Positions 1 through 14,776 of a DNA stretch of 64,000 bases are shown in pieces. The translations under genes were made by a program, and so were the position numbers. Source of the DNA: an uncultured Candidatus Saccharimonas sp. (GTDB lineage Bacteria > Patescibacteriota > Saccharimonadia > Saccharimonadales > Saccharimonadaceae). Under the pieces are notes generated by a model. That model saw only the letters and a program-made list of their open reading frames with translations, ran no database searches and was not told the origin of the DNA. Positions within the stretch are counted from its first letter, which is position 1. Every line of letters starts with the position of its first letter. The stretch is taken from the NCBI GenBank assembly GCA_963549415.1, contig CAUUYC010000004.1, positions 682 to 64,681 on the forward strand. Reading direction: 5' to 3'.

Positions 1-1
1 T

Positions 2-97
2 ATTACAAATTCAAATAAGACATCAGTAGAAGTTTATGAAATTAACGCCACAATTGAGAGATTTCTAGCGAAACTTCAGCCAGTTATTAATAACTAA
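2..97 (+). CDS. C-terminal fragment of an unidentified CDS entering from the left window edge
   Basis: Frame is open from position 2 for 31 sense codons to TAA at 95-97. Too short to identify. A hairpin plus T-run follows at 181-208. Confidence 0.3.
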   Translation: MTNSNKTSVEVYEINATIERFLAKLQPVINN

Positions 98-180
98 ACT
101 GAACAAGATTTTTACCAACATTTGATGGAAATCTTAAGGACGGAGGTTTGTTTTGTGAAGGAATGAGATGATTAGCTACA

Positions 181-209
181 CCTCAGCCAAATTGGTTGAG
201 GGATTTTTA
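181..209 (+). terminator. Rho-independent terminator candidate
   Basis: An 8-bp stem (181-188 pairs with 194-201, one G-U), a 5-nt loop, and a T-run at 204-208. Confidence 0.5.
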
Positions 210-482
210 TTTAAAAGAAAAAGACCGACAGGGTGAGTCTTGAAGATAAATGAGCTATTTTAGACGATAGCGATAATTTTTATCCTTCTTATAACCATCA
301 TGAACTCCAATTGAGCTATTCTTCAAAAGTTAAATCGATACATTCTATCAGATAGGTGCTAAAAACTGGGGCTAAATTAGATAGCAAAATCTCCTTATTA
401 GTCATAAAATTACTTAGTATATCTTCTGTTATATCTTGAACTTTACATAAAGTATCTTTCCAGATATTTTTTCGACAGTTTA

Positions 483-516
483 AATAAAAAAGTGAGTAGG
501 TGTATTCCACTCACTT
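483..516 (-). terminator. Rho-independent terminator downstream of leuS
   Basis: On the minus strand, AAGTGAGT...ACTCACTT forms an 8-bp stem (plus-strand 490-497 / 509-516), followed by TTTTTTATTT. Confidence 0.6.
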
Positions 517-569
517 AAACCCACAAACAAGACTGCTGGGTGACTGGTTGCATTAAGCCTCCATTTTAT

Positions 570-3011
570 TTATTTAACAACAAAGTTAATTAATTTATTC
601 GGAATGAAAATTTCTTTCAAAATCTCCTTGTCTTGCAAAAATTTCGAAACATTATCTTCTGCTTTTGCAGTAGCAAGAATCTCATCCTTTTCAGAGTTTG
701 CTGAGACTTTAATTTTCCCGCGGAGTTTTCCATTAACTTGAACAATAATTTGAATTTCATCAGTTTTCAAAAGCTCTTCATTCCATTTTGGCCAGCCAGA
801 TTTTTCGATAAAGTCATCATTTCCAAGTTGCCGCCAGAGTTCGCTCGAAATATGTGGTGCAAATGGAACGAGCATTTTAAGTAAATCTTCTAAAACAAAT
901 CGCCAATCGTTTGAAAAGCCTTCAAGCTTCATTTTATAAAGCTCATTTACGAATTCCATCAAAGCCGCCACGGCCGTATTCAAACTTTCGCGGTGAAAAT
1001 CTTCAGTAACTTTCTTGATGGTTTTATGCTGGATTTTTTGGACTTCAGCAAAATTTGAAAGATTTTCAGCAGATTTTTCAGATTCAATAAACTCCTGAAC
1101 CAAAACCCAAACACGATTCAGAAAACGATAAACTCCAGCTATACCTCGTGAATCCCAAGAAGCATCAACTTCATATGGAGCAATAAACATTTCATAAGTT
1201 CGAAGTGAATCTGCACCATATCCTTGGTCGATGACTTCAAGCGGATCAATAGTATTCCCCTTTGATTTACTCATTTTCGAACCATCCTCCGCATTGATAT
1301 ATCCGTGATAAAGGAGTTTTTTAACTGGTTCAGCAAAATTAGTTAGTCCCAAATCTCTAAAAACATGAGTCCAAAAACGAATATACAGTAAATGCGCAAC
1401 CGCGTGGTCGCCACCAACATAATAATCAATCGGCGCCCAGTAATTTACAAGCTCAGGATCCCAAGCTTGCTTAGAATTTCGAGGGTCAGCATATCGCAAA
1501 AGATACCAGCTTGAGCATGCATAACCATCCATCGTATCGGTTTCACGAGTCATTTTCTCGCCATTAATTTCAACTGTAATGAATTCTTTACTCTTAGCAA
1601 GGGCCGACTTTCCAGAATCATCAGGCTTAAAATCACTCAAAGTCGGAAGCATCACAGGCAATTGATCCTCGGGGATTAAATGCTCTTTCCCATCTTTGTC
1701 ATAAGCAATAGGAATCGGACATCCCCAATAACGCTGCCGAGAAATTAACCAATCTCGCATTTTATATGTAGTTTTCGAGCGACCAAATCCAGATTCTTCA
1801 AGCCAGCCTAAAATCTGTTCGCGAACATCCTCTGATTTTTGACCGTTAAATTCACCAGAGTTAACCATAATTCCTTCTCCATGATAGCAAGAATCATCGT
1901 CCACCATATCCTCAGGCTTCTCAACAACTTTTATAATATCCAAACCAAATTTTTTAGCAAATTCAAAATCTCGCTCATCATGCGCGGGAACCGCCATAAC
2001 AGCCCCTTCACCATAGCCTCCAAGCACGTAATCACTCACCCAAATCGGGATTTTCTTACCGTTTACCGGATTTATTGCATAGCTTCCAGTGAAAATTCCC
2101 GTCTTTTCTTTATTTTCTTGGCGCTCAATTTCAGATTTTTTAAGCGATTTTTTCTTATATTCATCAATCTTTTCTCTAGTTAAATCGGTAGAGAGTTTTT
2201 CGAGTAATTCATGTTCTGGCGCAATAGTTAAAAATGTCACACCGAAAATTGTATCTGGTCGAGTTGTAAAAACTTTAATTTTTTCGCCTTTAGCTTCGCC
2301 ATCGGCAATCTTGAATTCCACCTCAGCACCTTCAGATTTACCGATCCAGTTTCGCTGCATTGTTTTGATTTTTTCAGGCCAATCAAGATTATCTATATCA
2401 GCCAAAAGTTCATCAGCATATGCAGTAATTTTAAAGAACCACTGGGTCATTTGCTTTTTTGAAACTTCTTCACCACAGCGCCAGCATCGGCCATTTTCAA
2501 CTTGTTCATTTGCGAGAACTGTTTTGTCATTATCACACCACCACTGATAGCTCTCTTTTCGATAAGCTAGACCTTTTTTGTAGAGCTCACGAAAAATCCA
2601 CTGTGTCCACTTATAATATTCTGGGTTTGACGTATTAATTTCTCGCGACCAATCGATTGAAATTCCAAGCCGTTTAAATTGTTTTTTAAAATTTGCAATA
2701 TTTGTTTTTGTAGCTTCCTGTGGAGAGATTCCAGTTTTAATTGCATAATTTTCTGCTGGCAAGCCAAAAGTATCCCAACCAATTGGGTTTAAAACATTTT
2801 TACCCTGCTGGCGATAAAAACGAGCGATTGAATCAACAATAGTGTAGCTCCTTGCATGCCCAGTGTGAAGCCCTGCCCCACTTGGATACGGAAACATTCC
2901 CGAAATATACATTTTCTGTTTCGAAGAATCCGCTTCAACCTCATAAAGCTTTGATTCATCCCATTTTTTTTGCCACTTTTCTTCAATTTCAATCGGATTA
3001 TATCTTTTCAT
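570..3011 (-). CDS. leuS: Leucyl-tRNA synthetase
   Basis: 813-aa ORF with class I HIGH-type motif (HTGH) and KMSKS. Length and CP1-insert architecture match bacterial LeuRS. Confidence 0.97.
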   Translation of the reverse strand: MKRYNPIEIEEKWQKKWDESKLYEVEADSSKQKMYISGMFPYPSGAGLHTGHARSYTIVDSIARFYRQQGKNVLNPIGWDTFGLPAENYAIKTGISPQEATKTNIANFKKQFKRLGISIDWSREINTSNPEYYKWTQWIFRELYKKGLAYRKESYQWWCDNDKTVLANEQVENGRCWRCGEEVSKKQMTQWFFKITAYADELLADIDNLDWPEKIKTMQRNWIGKSEGAEVEFKIADGEAKGEKIKVFTTRPDTIFGVTFLTIAPEHELLEKLSTDLTREKIDEYKKKSLKKSEIERQENKEKTGIFTGSYAINPVNGKKIPIWVSDYVLGGYGEGAVMAVPAHDERDFEFAKKFGLDIIKVVEKPEDMVDDDSCYHGEGIMVNSGEFNGQKSEDVREQILGWLEESGFGRSKTTYKMRDWLISRQRYWGCPIPIAYDKDGKEHLIPEDQLPVMLPTLSDFKPDDSGKSALAKSKEFITVEINGEKMTRETDTMDGYACSSWYLLRYADPRNSKQAWDPELVNYWAPIDYYVGGDHAVAHLLYIRFWTHVFRDLGLTNFAEPVKKLLYHGYINAEDGSKMSKSKGNTIDPLEVIDQGYGADSLRTYEMFIAPYEVDASWDSRGIAGVYRFLNRVWVLVQEFIESEKSAENLSNFAEVQKIQHKTIKKVTEDFHRESLNTAVAALMEFVNELYKMKLEGFSNDWRFVLEDLLKMLVPFAPHISSELWRQLGNDDFIEKSGWPKWNEELLKTDEIQIIVQVNGKLRGKIKVSANSEKDEILATAKAEDNVSKFLQDKEILKEIFIPNKLINFVVK

Positions 3012-3021
3012 ACTATTTTAA

Positions 3022-3050
3022 ATTATACCAAAAATAGCATAAAAAATCAA
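3022..3050 (-). promoter_or_regulatory. Sigma70-type promoter for leuS (TTGATT-17-TGgTATAAT), -10 box 10 nt from the ATG
   Basis: Minus strand: -35 at 3045-3050, -10 at 3022-3027, ATG at 3009-3011. No SD lies between them. Confidence 0.55.
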
Positions 3051-3054
3051 AAAA

Positions 3055-6604
<3,550 letters not shown>

Positions 6605-6605
<1 letters not shown>

Positions 6606-7477
6606 TAAAACCTCGCACTATTTTCTTTCAATCTCTTAATTCTGTCATTTAAAGGTGGATGTGTTGAAAATAATCTCTGAAAAAAGCCCTGCTTCATAGG
6701 ATTGGAAATAAATAAGCTTGCCGTTGTCGAGTTTTGTCTTTCAAGAGGTTTGTTATTTTTTAACTTTTCAAGAGCACTGATTAAGCCATCCGGATATCTA
6801 GTTAATGAAACAGCAGTTGCATCAGCCAAAAATTCACGCTGACGAGAAATTGCAAGTCTCGTTATCGTAGCTAAAAGTGGCGAAATCAAAACAAAAAATA
6901 GCCCCAAGATTAAAGCGATAGGATTTTTCGAATCCTCATCGTCGTCATTCAGAAAAATGAACCTTAAAACAATATCGGAAAGCACCCCAATAACAGCAGT
7001 TAAAGCAACTGCGGCCATTGAAACTCGAATATCATAATTCTTAATATGTGAAATTTCATGAGCCATCACACCTTCAATTTCAACCTTATCCATATTCTCA
7101 AGAAGCCCCGTTGTTGCACAGATTACGGAATTCTCAGGATTAGTTCCGGCTGCAAAAGCATTCATTGAAGAATCATTAATAATATAAAGCTTTGGCATTG
7201 GTAGGCCAGCAGTAATAGATAATGATTCAACTATTGAATAAAATTCAGGAGCATCTTTTTTTGAGATCGGCTCAGCACCATTCATTTTTAAAGTAATGGC
7301 TGTCGAAATCTTATATTGAAATAACGCATAAAAAATAGCAAAAATTAGCGTAAAAATAAAAATTGTTAAATCGTCATAGACATAAGAAAAATACAGCCCA
7401 ATCCCAGAAATAATCGCAATAAATAATGAGAAAATAATCACAGTATTACGCTTATTCTGAGAAATTGAGCTATACAT
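6605..7477 (-). CDS. htpX: M48-family zinc metalloprotease HtpX
   Basis: 290 aa with N-terminal TM helices and an HEISH (HExxH) motif. It sits in the conserved lemA-htpX pairing. Confidence 0.9.
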
Positions 7478-7503
7478 ATTTAATAAAACCTCTAAAAAAT
7501 AAA

Positions 7504-8067
7504 TTAGAATTTTACTTGAGGCGCAGATTCGACTACTTTTCTATCTTCTACTTCGAAGAATTCCCTCTTTTCAAAACCTAATTTTTTAGCAAAAATATTA
7601 GTTGGGAATACTTTAATCTTAATATTAAGGTCTCGAACACCACCATTATAAAATCGGCGTGCACCTTGAATTTTATCTTCGATTTCTTGCTGTTGTTGTT
7701 GAAATCGTATAAATCCCTCGTTAGCCTTTAGCTCAGGGTAGTTTTCAGCAACAGCAAACAAACGGCCGAGCGCCTGTGAAAGTTCACCTTCAGCTTTAGC
7801 AGCGTCAGAAACATTGTTTCCAGCGCCTATCAATCCAGCTCGTGCACTACTTACATTTTCGAAAACTTCTTTCTCATGAGTTGCATAACCTTTTACAGTT
7901 TCAACAAGATTAGGGATTAAATCTGCTCGGTATTTTAGCTGAACAGCGATATCACTCCAAGCTTCTTCAACTCTTTCATTAAGCCGCACAAGTGCGTTGT
8001 ATTGGCTCCAAACAAAAAGCCCAACAAGGACAAGAACAGCAATGATTACAATAATTGCAATTGTCAT
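7504..8067 (-). CDS. lemA: LemA family protein
   Basis: 187 aa starting MTIAIIVII, with a single N-terminal TM and LemA-like sequence. The ORF-track GTG extension to 8127 runs into tRNA-Leu. An AGGAG SD precedes ATG 8065-8067. Confidence 0.88.
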   Translation of the reverse strand: MTIAIIVIIAVLVLVGLFVWSQYNALVRLNERVEEAWSDIAVQLKYRADLIPNLVETVKGYATHEKEVFENVSSARAGLIGAGNNVSDAAKAEGELSQALGRLFAVAENYPELKANEGFIRFQQQQQEIEDKIQGARRFYNGGVRDLNIKIKVFPTNIFAKKLGFEKREFFEVEDRKVVESAPQVKF

Positions 8068-8097
8068 TTTATTATACTCTCCTACTATTGTTAAATT

Positions 8098-8185
8098 TGG
8101 TGCGCAAGGCGGGAATCGAACCCGCACGACTGTTTAGGTCAAGGGATTTTAAGTCCCTCGCGTCTACCAGTTCCGCCACTCGCGC
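8098..8185 (-). tRNA. tRNA-Leu(UAA), long variable arm, CCA encoded
   Basis: Hand-folded cloverleaf: acceptor GCGCGAG/CTTGCGC, anticodon loop CTTAAAA, T-loop GGTTCGATTCC. Confidence 0.88.
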
Positions 8186-8235
8186 ATATTTATATTTTAC
8201 ACGCCTTAACCACAAAAGTCAAGGCGTGTTTAAAC

Positions 8236-8547
8236 TTAAGCTTCATCTTTATCGAGAAGTGGAGCAATAATCATAATAAATAGAGAAAAAGCACCAAGCA
8301 CTAAGAACGTAGCCCAAGCTTTACCCATTAATTCACCTAGATTATTGTCTACCCAAATATATACTAGGCTGATTAAAGCACAAACCATAGCCGTAAAAAT
8401 ATTGAACCAAACACAAATTTGTCGAATACTTTTTACTGTTTGACTATATTTCTTCTTTTTTGATACTGGAGCAACAACTACTGGGCGAACATTTGATTCA
8501 TTTTCACCTTTTCGAATTTCTACAACTCTTTGATTTTCTTCTTTCAT
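8236..8547 (-). CDS. Small membrane protein, function unknown
   Basis: 103 aa with a charged N-terminus and two hydrophobic segments. An AAAGGAAAA SD lies upstream of the ATG. Confidence 0.6.
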   Translation of the reverse strand: MKEENQRVVEIRKGENESNVRPVVVAPVSKKKKYSQTVKSIRQICVWFNIFTAMVCALISLVYIWVDNNLGELMGKAWATFLVLGAFSLFIMIIAPLLDKDEA

Positions 8548-8572
8548 ATGGTTTTCCTTTACTTAAATATTT

Positions 8573-8646
8573 TGGAGGCACCTACCGGATTTGAACCGGT
8601 GTAAACGGTTTTGCAGACCGCTGCGTAACCACTCCGCCAAGGCGCC
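8573..8646 (-). tRNA. tRNA-Cys(GCA), CCA encoded
   Basis: Hand-folded: acceptor GGCGCCT/AGGTGCC, anticodon loop CTGCAAA, T-loop GGTTCAAATCC. Confidence 0.88.
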
Positions 8647-8699
8647 AAAGTGATATAAAATGATTATACCACATATTTTTTAAAAAATAAACAATAGCA

Positions 8700-9998
8700 T
8701 TATTTTTTTAGAATTTCGGCCAATCCTAACTTTTCGCCAGTTTCCATATCTTTAAAAATAAATGAATCTTCAGAAATTTCTTTTTCACCAATTACTAAAG
8801 TATATTTAACACCCCGCTTATCGGCAAACTTAAAAGCTTTTTTCATATTAAAATCTTCAAGCAGAACTTCAGTATTTTTACCTTCTTTTCTTAATTCACC
8901 AGCAATTTCGAAAGACTTTTGAAGCTCATTTTTACTCATTGGAACTATTAAAAATTCCGCAGTTGAGCGTTTTGAAAATTTCAGCAAGCCCAAGTCTCGT
9001 AGACACCAGAATAATCTTGTTAAGCCAATTGAAGCCCCGACTCCTGGTAGTTTTTCTTTCGAATAATATTCGCTTAAATTATCATAACGACCACCACTGG
9101 AAACCGAGCCAATTTCTTTGAAGTCGTTCAAATTTGTTTCAAAAACTGTTCCCGTGTAATAATCAAGACCACGAACAATTAGCATATCGAGTTTGAAATA
9201 CTTTTCTTCAACGCCCATCATTTTTAACAGTTTAGAAACTTCGAAAAGTTCCTCAATTCCTTTTTTGAATTGTTGATTTTTAATTTTTTGAGAAAGATTT
9301 TTTAACTCGCATATAACATCTTCAGCTGAACCTGAAATTTTAATAAAATCAGAAATTATTTGAGACTTTTCTCCTAAATTTAAATCGGTAAGTTGCTCTG
9401 AAAACTCCTCAGCTAAAATCTTTTCAGCACGATCAATCAAAGCCATAATTTCAGCTGATTTTTCAGTTAATCCAAGCCCCTCAATTAAACCACTCGTGAT
9501 ATTTCGGTTATTAATTCGAAGAGTAAAATCACCAAAATTTAACTCTCGAAAAATATTATAAATTACTGCAATAACTTCGGCATCATAAGAAATGCTCAAT
9601 TCACCTCGCCCAATCACATCAATATCACATTGATAAAACTCACGAAAACGACCTCGCTGCGCTCTTTCGCCGCGATAGACTTTACCAATTTGCGAACGTT
9701 TAAAAGGAAATTGCAACTGACCAAAATTCTCGGCAACAAATCTTGCAGTTGGCACAGTCAAATCAAACCGCAAACTTAAATCGTTATCACCTTTCGAAAA
9801 ACGATAAATCTGCTTCTCGGTCTCACCACCAGCTTTTGCAAGAAGAGTCTCCGTTCGCTCAATCACTGGCGTATCAATCGGCGTAAATCCGAATTTTTCA
9901 TAATTTTTTTGAATAATTGCCATAATTCGATTAAACTCGAGTTGCTCTTCTGGTAATAACTCCATCATCCCAGGCAATGGTTTTGTATTAATTTTCAT
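8700..9998 (-). CDS. hisS: Histidyl-tRNA synthetase
   Basis: 432 aa with class II motifs (RFREFYQCD, GGRYD) and a C-terminal anticodon-binding domain. Confidence 0.95.
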   Translation of the reverse strand: MKINTKPLPGMMELLPEEQLEFNRIMAIIQKNYEKFGFTPIDTPVIERTETLLAKAGGETEKQIYRFSKGDNDLSLRFDLTVPTARFVAENFGQLQFPFKRSQIGKVYRGERAQRGRFREFYQCDIDVIGRGELSISYDAEVIAVIYNIFRELNFGDFTLRINNRNITSGLIEGLGLTEKSAEIMALIDRAEKILAEEFSEQLTDLNLGEKSQIISDFIKISGSAEDVICELKNLSQKIKNQQFKKGIEELFEVSKLLKMMGVEEKYFKLDMLIVRGLDYYTGTVFETNLNDFKEIGSVSSGGRYDNLSEYYSKEKLPGVGASIGLTRLFWCLRDLGLLKFSKRSTAEFLIVPMSKNELQKSFEIAGELRKEGKNTEVLLEDFNMKKAFKFADKRGVKYTLVIGEKEISEDSFIFKDMETGEKLGLAEILKK

Positions 9999-10082
9999 AA
10001 TTCCTCAAATTCATTTTAATTGATTACTTAGCTAAATGATACCATAAAATAGCGTTTTTTTCAAATTTCGAAAAGGTTATTT

Positions 10083-10111
10083 TTGCAGTTTTTACACTAA
10101 AATGATAAAAT
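10083..10111 (+). promoter_or_regulatory. Promoter TTGCAG-17-TGaTAAAAT, -10 box exactly 6 nt upstream of the rarA ATG (leaderless)
   Basis: -35 at 10083-10088, -10 at 10106-10111, ATG at 10118. No SD. Confidence 0.6.
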
Positions 10112-10117
10112 ATAGAA

Positions 10118-11365
10118 ATGGATTACCAACAAAGAATTCCCCTTGCTGAAAAAATGAGACCAAAAAAGCTGGATGAAGTTATTGGCCAATCTCACCTTAT
10201 TGGTAAAAATGGAATTTTACGAAAAATAATCGAAAACAAAGAACCTATCAGCTTAATCTTTTGGGGGCCAGCTGGAACTGGCAAAACTACTCTTTCAAGA
10301 ATTTTGGCGAATGAAGTTAATGCAGACTTTATTGAAATTTCAGCCGTCACTAGTGGTAAAAAAGATATCGAAAAAGTTATCGAGCATGCTCGCCAAAACT
10401 GGAACCTCGGGACGCGAACAATTCTTTTCGTTGATGAAATTCACCGTTTCAACAAATCACAGCAAGATGCTTTTTTGCCACATATTGAAAGTGGATTGAT
10501 AAATTTGATTGGCGCAACAACCGAGAATCCAGGATTCGAAATTATCACACCGCTACTTTCAAGAAGTCGAGTTCTATCGCTCAAGCCTTTAAATGCTGAG
10601 GAGATTTCAAAAATTATTAAAAATGCGCTTGAAAAAGTTTCGCCAAAAACAAAAATAGAGTCAAAAGCACTCAAACTTCTCGCTAAAATAAGCAGTGGCG
10701 ATGCTCGAAATGCGCTTGGAAATCTTGAGCTAATTTTAAATTTCGAAAAAAATAATATTACGCCAGAAGTTATTAAAAATTCAATCGAAAATTCAACCTC
10801 AATTTATGATAAAAATGGCGATTCTCATTATGATGCAATCTCGGCTTTTATCAAAAGCATGAGAGCCAGTGACGTTGATGCTACTGGCTACTATCTAGCT
10901 AAAATGTTAAATGCCGGCGAGGATCCAAAATATATCGCCCGCCGAATGATTATTTTTGCAAGTGAGGATATTGGGTTAGCTGGAAATGGTGCTCTTGGTT
11001 TGGCAAATTCTGCTTTTGATGCAGTTGAAAAAATAGGAATGCCCGAAGCAAAATATATTTTATTTCACACTGCAATAGCTTTAGCAAAATCTAAAAAATC
11101 ACGTGAAGCTACCGGAATTATGTTTCAATCTTACAACTTAGCAGAAAAAGCCCCAAACGCCCCTATTCCTTTACACTTAAGAAATTCTACTTCCAAAATT
11201 ACCGAGGAGCTAGGATATAACAAGGGATATCAGTGGACGGCAGGTTTCAAGCACCCAGAAGATAATCTGCCTAAAGAGGTTCGTGAGCTTATATCGCTAG
11301 ACAAAAAGAATAAAAAAATCTTAACTGGTGAATGGTCGCCAGAAATTAAAGAACTAACAAAATAA
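10118..11365 (+). CDS. rarA: Replication-associated recombination protein A (MgsA/RarA AAA+ ATPase)
   Basis: 415 aa with Walker A GPAGTGKTT, Walker B FVDEIHRF and a MgsA-type C-terminal domain. Confidence 0.93.
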   Translation: MDYQQRIPLAEKMRPKKLDEVIGQSHLIGKNGILRKIIENKEPISLIFWGPAGTGKTTLSRILANEVNADFIEISAVTSGKKDIEKVIEHARQNWNLGTRTILFVDEIHRFNKSQQDAFLPHIESGLINLIGATTENPGFEIITPLLSRSRVLSLKPLNAEEISKIIKNALEKVSPKTKIESKALKLLAKISSGDARNALGNLELILNFEKNNITPEVIKNSIENSTSIYDKNGDSHYDAISAFIKSMRASDVDATGYYLAKMLNAGEDPKYIARRMIIFASEDIGLAGNGALGLANSAFDAVEKIGMPEAKYILFHTAIALAKSKKSREATGIMFQSYNLAEKAPNAPIPLHLRNSTSKITEELGYNKGYQWTAGFKHPEDNLPKEVRELISLDKKNKKILTGEWSPEIKELTK

Positions 11366-11461
11366 TACACAGGTATAACATCTCAAATCCAAAAATCTTA
11401 CCATAGCAACCATAAGCCATGCAATCTTAGGAGTTATCACAATTTTTATCGGGATTATCGA

Positions 11462-12910
11462 TTAGTCAGTTTCTGGTAAAATATTTTCAAGCCAAAGTTT
11501 AATTTCTTCTAAAATATATTCTTCTTGTGAGTTTAAATTTTGGTTATTTGCAATTTCTTGGAATTCTTTCATAAAATTGGGCATCATTTTTTGTAAATTT
11601 TTTACCCGATAATCTTCCCAAAGCTCTTTCTCTTGAGAACTTAAACTTTTCGGAAAATTCCTTGCTTTATAATGAAGAAGTAGATCTGTCAACCGTTCGT
11701 CAGCAAAATCTGGATGAAAATCAGCGAGCTCGCGGTCAGTTGAATTTCGAACAGCTTCAATTTTAATATCATCACTTTTTGAAACAAAACCTTCAAAAAG
11801 CCGAGCTTCTGGAGCTGGTTTTTCTGCATTATTCTTATCTTGAAAGACTTCACTTCGCCTTTCGAAAGCAGATCTAAGGTTTTCAGCAAAGTGCGGATTC
11901 TTTCGTAAAATGTCTAAATTTTTTTGAATTTTAGCTAAATCAATCTTTAATCTTTGCTGATTTTCTTCAGTCAAAACACCCATTGGCGCAACTGCTGGAC
12001 ATTTATTATACTGCAAAATCTTTGCTGCAATAGGTTCGAAATTATCACTCGAACGAGTTTCAAAATCTGCCGTAATATTTTCAAGAATTTGATCCTCACT
12101 CCAATCAATAAATTTCTCAGGAGAAAACCGCAAGTCCCAAACAATTACATTTTGATTTTTAGCCGGCGCAATAGGAAACGCCACGGTAGTTTTTTCAAAC
12201 TCAACTTTAAAGCGGCCAGAAGTATAAACAAAAGGTTTTGGATTCTCAAGATTAACTAGTTTTTGCACTTCATTTTTCGAACGCATTTTAAACAAGTAAT
12301 CAAAAATCTGTGGCTGTTTTTCTTTCAAGAGTCGTGCAACATCTATCAAACCATCAACATCGCTCATTGCATCGTGAGCATTCTCGTGCAAGATTCCGTT
12401 TTCTTTAGTTAAAAGCTCAAGTTTATTAGCCGCAAATTTTTCACCAGTTTCTTCATTTATAATAAACGGCCAATTAATCCCATCTGGCCGAAGCGCCCGA
12501 ATCATTCGAACAACATCTAATAAATCCCAACGCGAGCGGCCATCTTTCCATTGCCAGTCATATGGTGGGTAGAAATTTCGCCACAAAAGATGCTGGATAT
12601 GAACATCATCAAATCGAACATTATTATATCCAACGATCACCGTATCTGGCGTGAAAAATTCTTCAACGAGCATTTTCGAAAATTCGGCTTCAGTATAGCC
12701 TTCTTCAACAGTTTTTTGCGGACTAATTTTCGTCACCATCAATGCACTTGGGCTTGGCAAAACGTCATCATTTAATCTAACTAAAATATTAACAGGCTCA
12801 CCAATTCGATTAAGATTTTCATCTGTTCGTTGCCCTGCAAATTGCATAATTCGGTCGTTTTGCGGGCTAAATCCACTAGTCTCTAAATCATAAAAAAAGA
12901 AAGTCTTCAT
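11462..12910 (-). CDS. sbcB: Exodeoxyribonuclease I
   Basis: 482 aa with DEDDh exonuclease motifs (FYDLETSG, HDAMSDV) and an ExoI C-terminal region. Confidence 0.9.
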   Translation of the reverse strand: MKTFFFYDLETSGFSPQNDRIMQFAGQRTDENLNRIGEPVNILVRLNDDVLPSPSALMVTKISPQKTVEEGYTEAEFSKMLVEEFFTPDTVIVGYNNVRFDDVHIQHLLWRNFYPPYDWQWKDGRSRWDLLDVVRMIRALRPDGINWPFIINEETGEKFAANKLELLTKENGILHENAHDAMSDVDGLIDVARLLKEKQPQIFDYLFKMRSKNEVQKLVNLENPKPFVYTSGRFKVEFEKTTVAFPIAPAKNQNVIVWDLRFSPEKFIDWSEDQILENITADFETRSSDNFEPIAAKILQYNKCPAVAPMGVLTEENQQRLKIDLAKIQKNLDILRKNPHFAENLRSAFERRSEVFQDKNNAEKPAPEARLFEGFVSKSDDIKIEAVRNSTDRELADFHPDFADERLTDLLLHYKARNFPKSLSSQEKELWEDYRVKNLQKMMPNFMKEFQEIANNQNLNSQEEYILEEIKLWLENILPETD

Positions 12911-12916
12911 GGTTAT

Positions 12917-12945
12917 ATTTTAACCTAAAACTGCAAAAATAACAA
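12917..12945 (-). promoter_or_regulatory. Promoter TTGTTA-17-TAAAAT, -10 box 6 nt upstream of the sbcB ATG (leaderless)
   Basis: Minus strand: -10 at 12917-12922, -35 at 12940-12945, ATG at 12908-12910. Confidence 0.55.
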
Positions 12946-12951
12946 ATATAT

Positions 12952-12980
12952 TTGACTTTTTAATTAAAATATTGTAGAAT
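12952..12980 (+). promoter_or_regulatory. Promoter TTGACT-17-TAGAAT for the 13052 gene, divergent from the sbcB promoter
   Basis: -35 at 12952-12957 and -10 at 12975-12980. A leader of about 65 nt ends in a CAGGAGAAAA SD. Confidence 0.6.
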
Positions 12981-13051
12981 ATAAATAGCTCTGAGATAAT
13001 ATCTCACTCATTCGCCAGAGGATGGCGCGCACGTTTACAGGAGAAAAATAA

Positions 13052-13348
13052 ATGGCAACTATTAATTATGAGTCAACAAAACTAAGAAGTATGGCAAGTT
13101 CTAACTATTCCTATTCCGCATCAGAATATATACAGCATGCTGAAGAAGAGATCAGCCTTCTAGGAGAAAAAACAATCAAGGCACTTATTGATGATAACTA
13201 TGATCCATTAAAGGTTATTGAAATTTTTTCAGAATTTTTCGATAATGATCAAGTACGTGATTTAGTATCTTTACTGGTAGGCGAGAAATTATTGTTAACA
13301 CTAGAAAATATAAAAAAGCTTAGTGAGTTAGAAAAAGAAACAAGGTAG
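13052..13348 (+). CDS. Hypothetical acidic 98-aa protein
   Basis: ORF with its own promoter, SD and terminator. No family recognised. Confidence 0.6.
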   Translation: MATINYESTKLRSMASSNYSYSASEYIQHAEEEISLLGEKTIKALIDDNYDPLKVIEIFSEFFDNDQVRDLVSLLVGEKLLLTLENIKKLSELEKETR

Positions 13349-13356
13349 CCATACTC

Positions 13357-13382
13357 AGCACGATTAGTATCGTGCTTTTTTA
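13357..13382 (+). terminator. Rho-independent terminator
   Basis: AGCACGAT (13357-13364), loop TAGT, ATCGTGCT (13369-13376), then TTTTTTAT. Confidence 0.75.
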
Positions 13383-13393
13383 TTTAAGCAATT

Positions 13394-14770
<1,377 letters not shown>

Positions 14771-14776
14771 AATATT

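Noticed and set aside
316-510. 64-aa minus-strand ORF downstream of leuS
   Set aside because: Its GTG start (508-510) lies inside the stem of the leuS terminator hairpin. It has no SD or promoter, and I recognised no family. A stop-free stretch of 64 codons alone is weak evidence.
8055-8270. 71-aa plus-strand ORF
   Set aside because: It overlaps tRNA-Leu (8098-8185) on the opposite strand as well as the lemA start region. It is not credible as coding sequence.
11366-11461. Possible terminator between the convergent rarA and sbcB genes
   Set aside because: Only 4-bp palindromes are present (ATCG...CGAT), with no convincing stem plus T-run.
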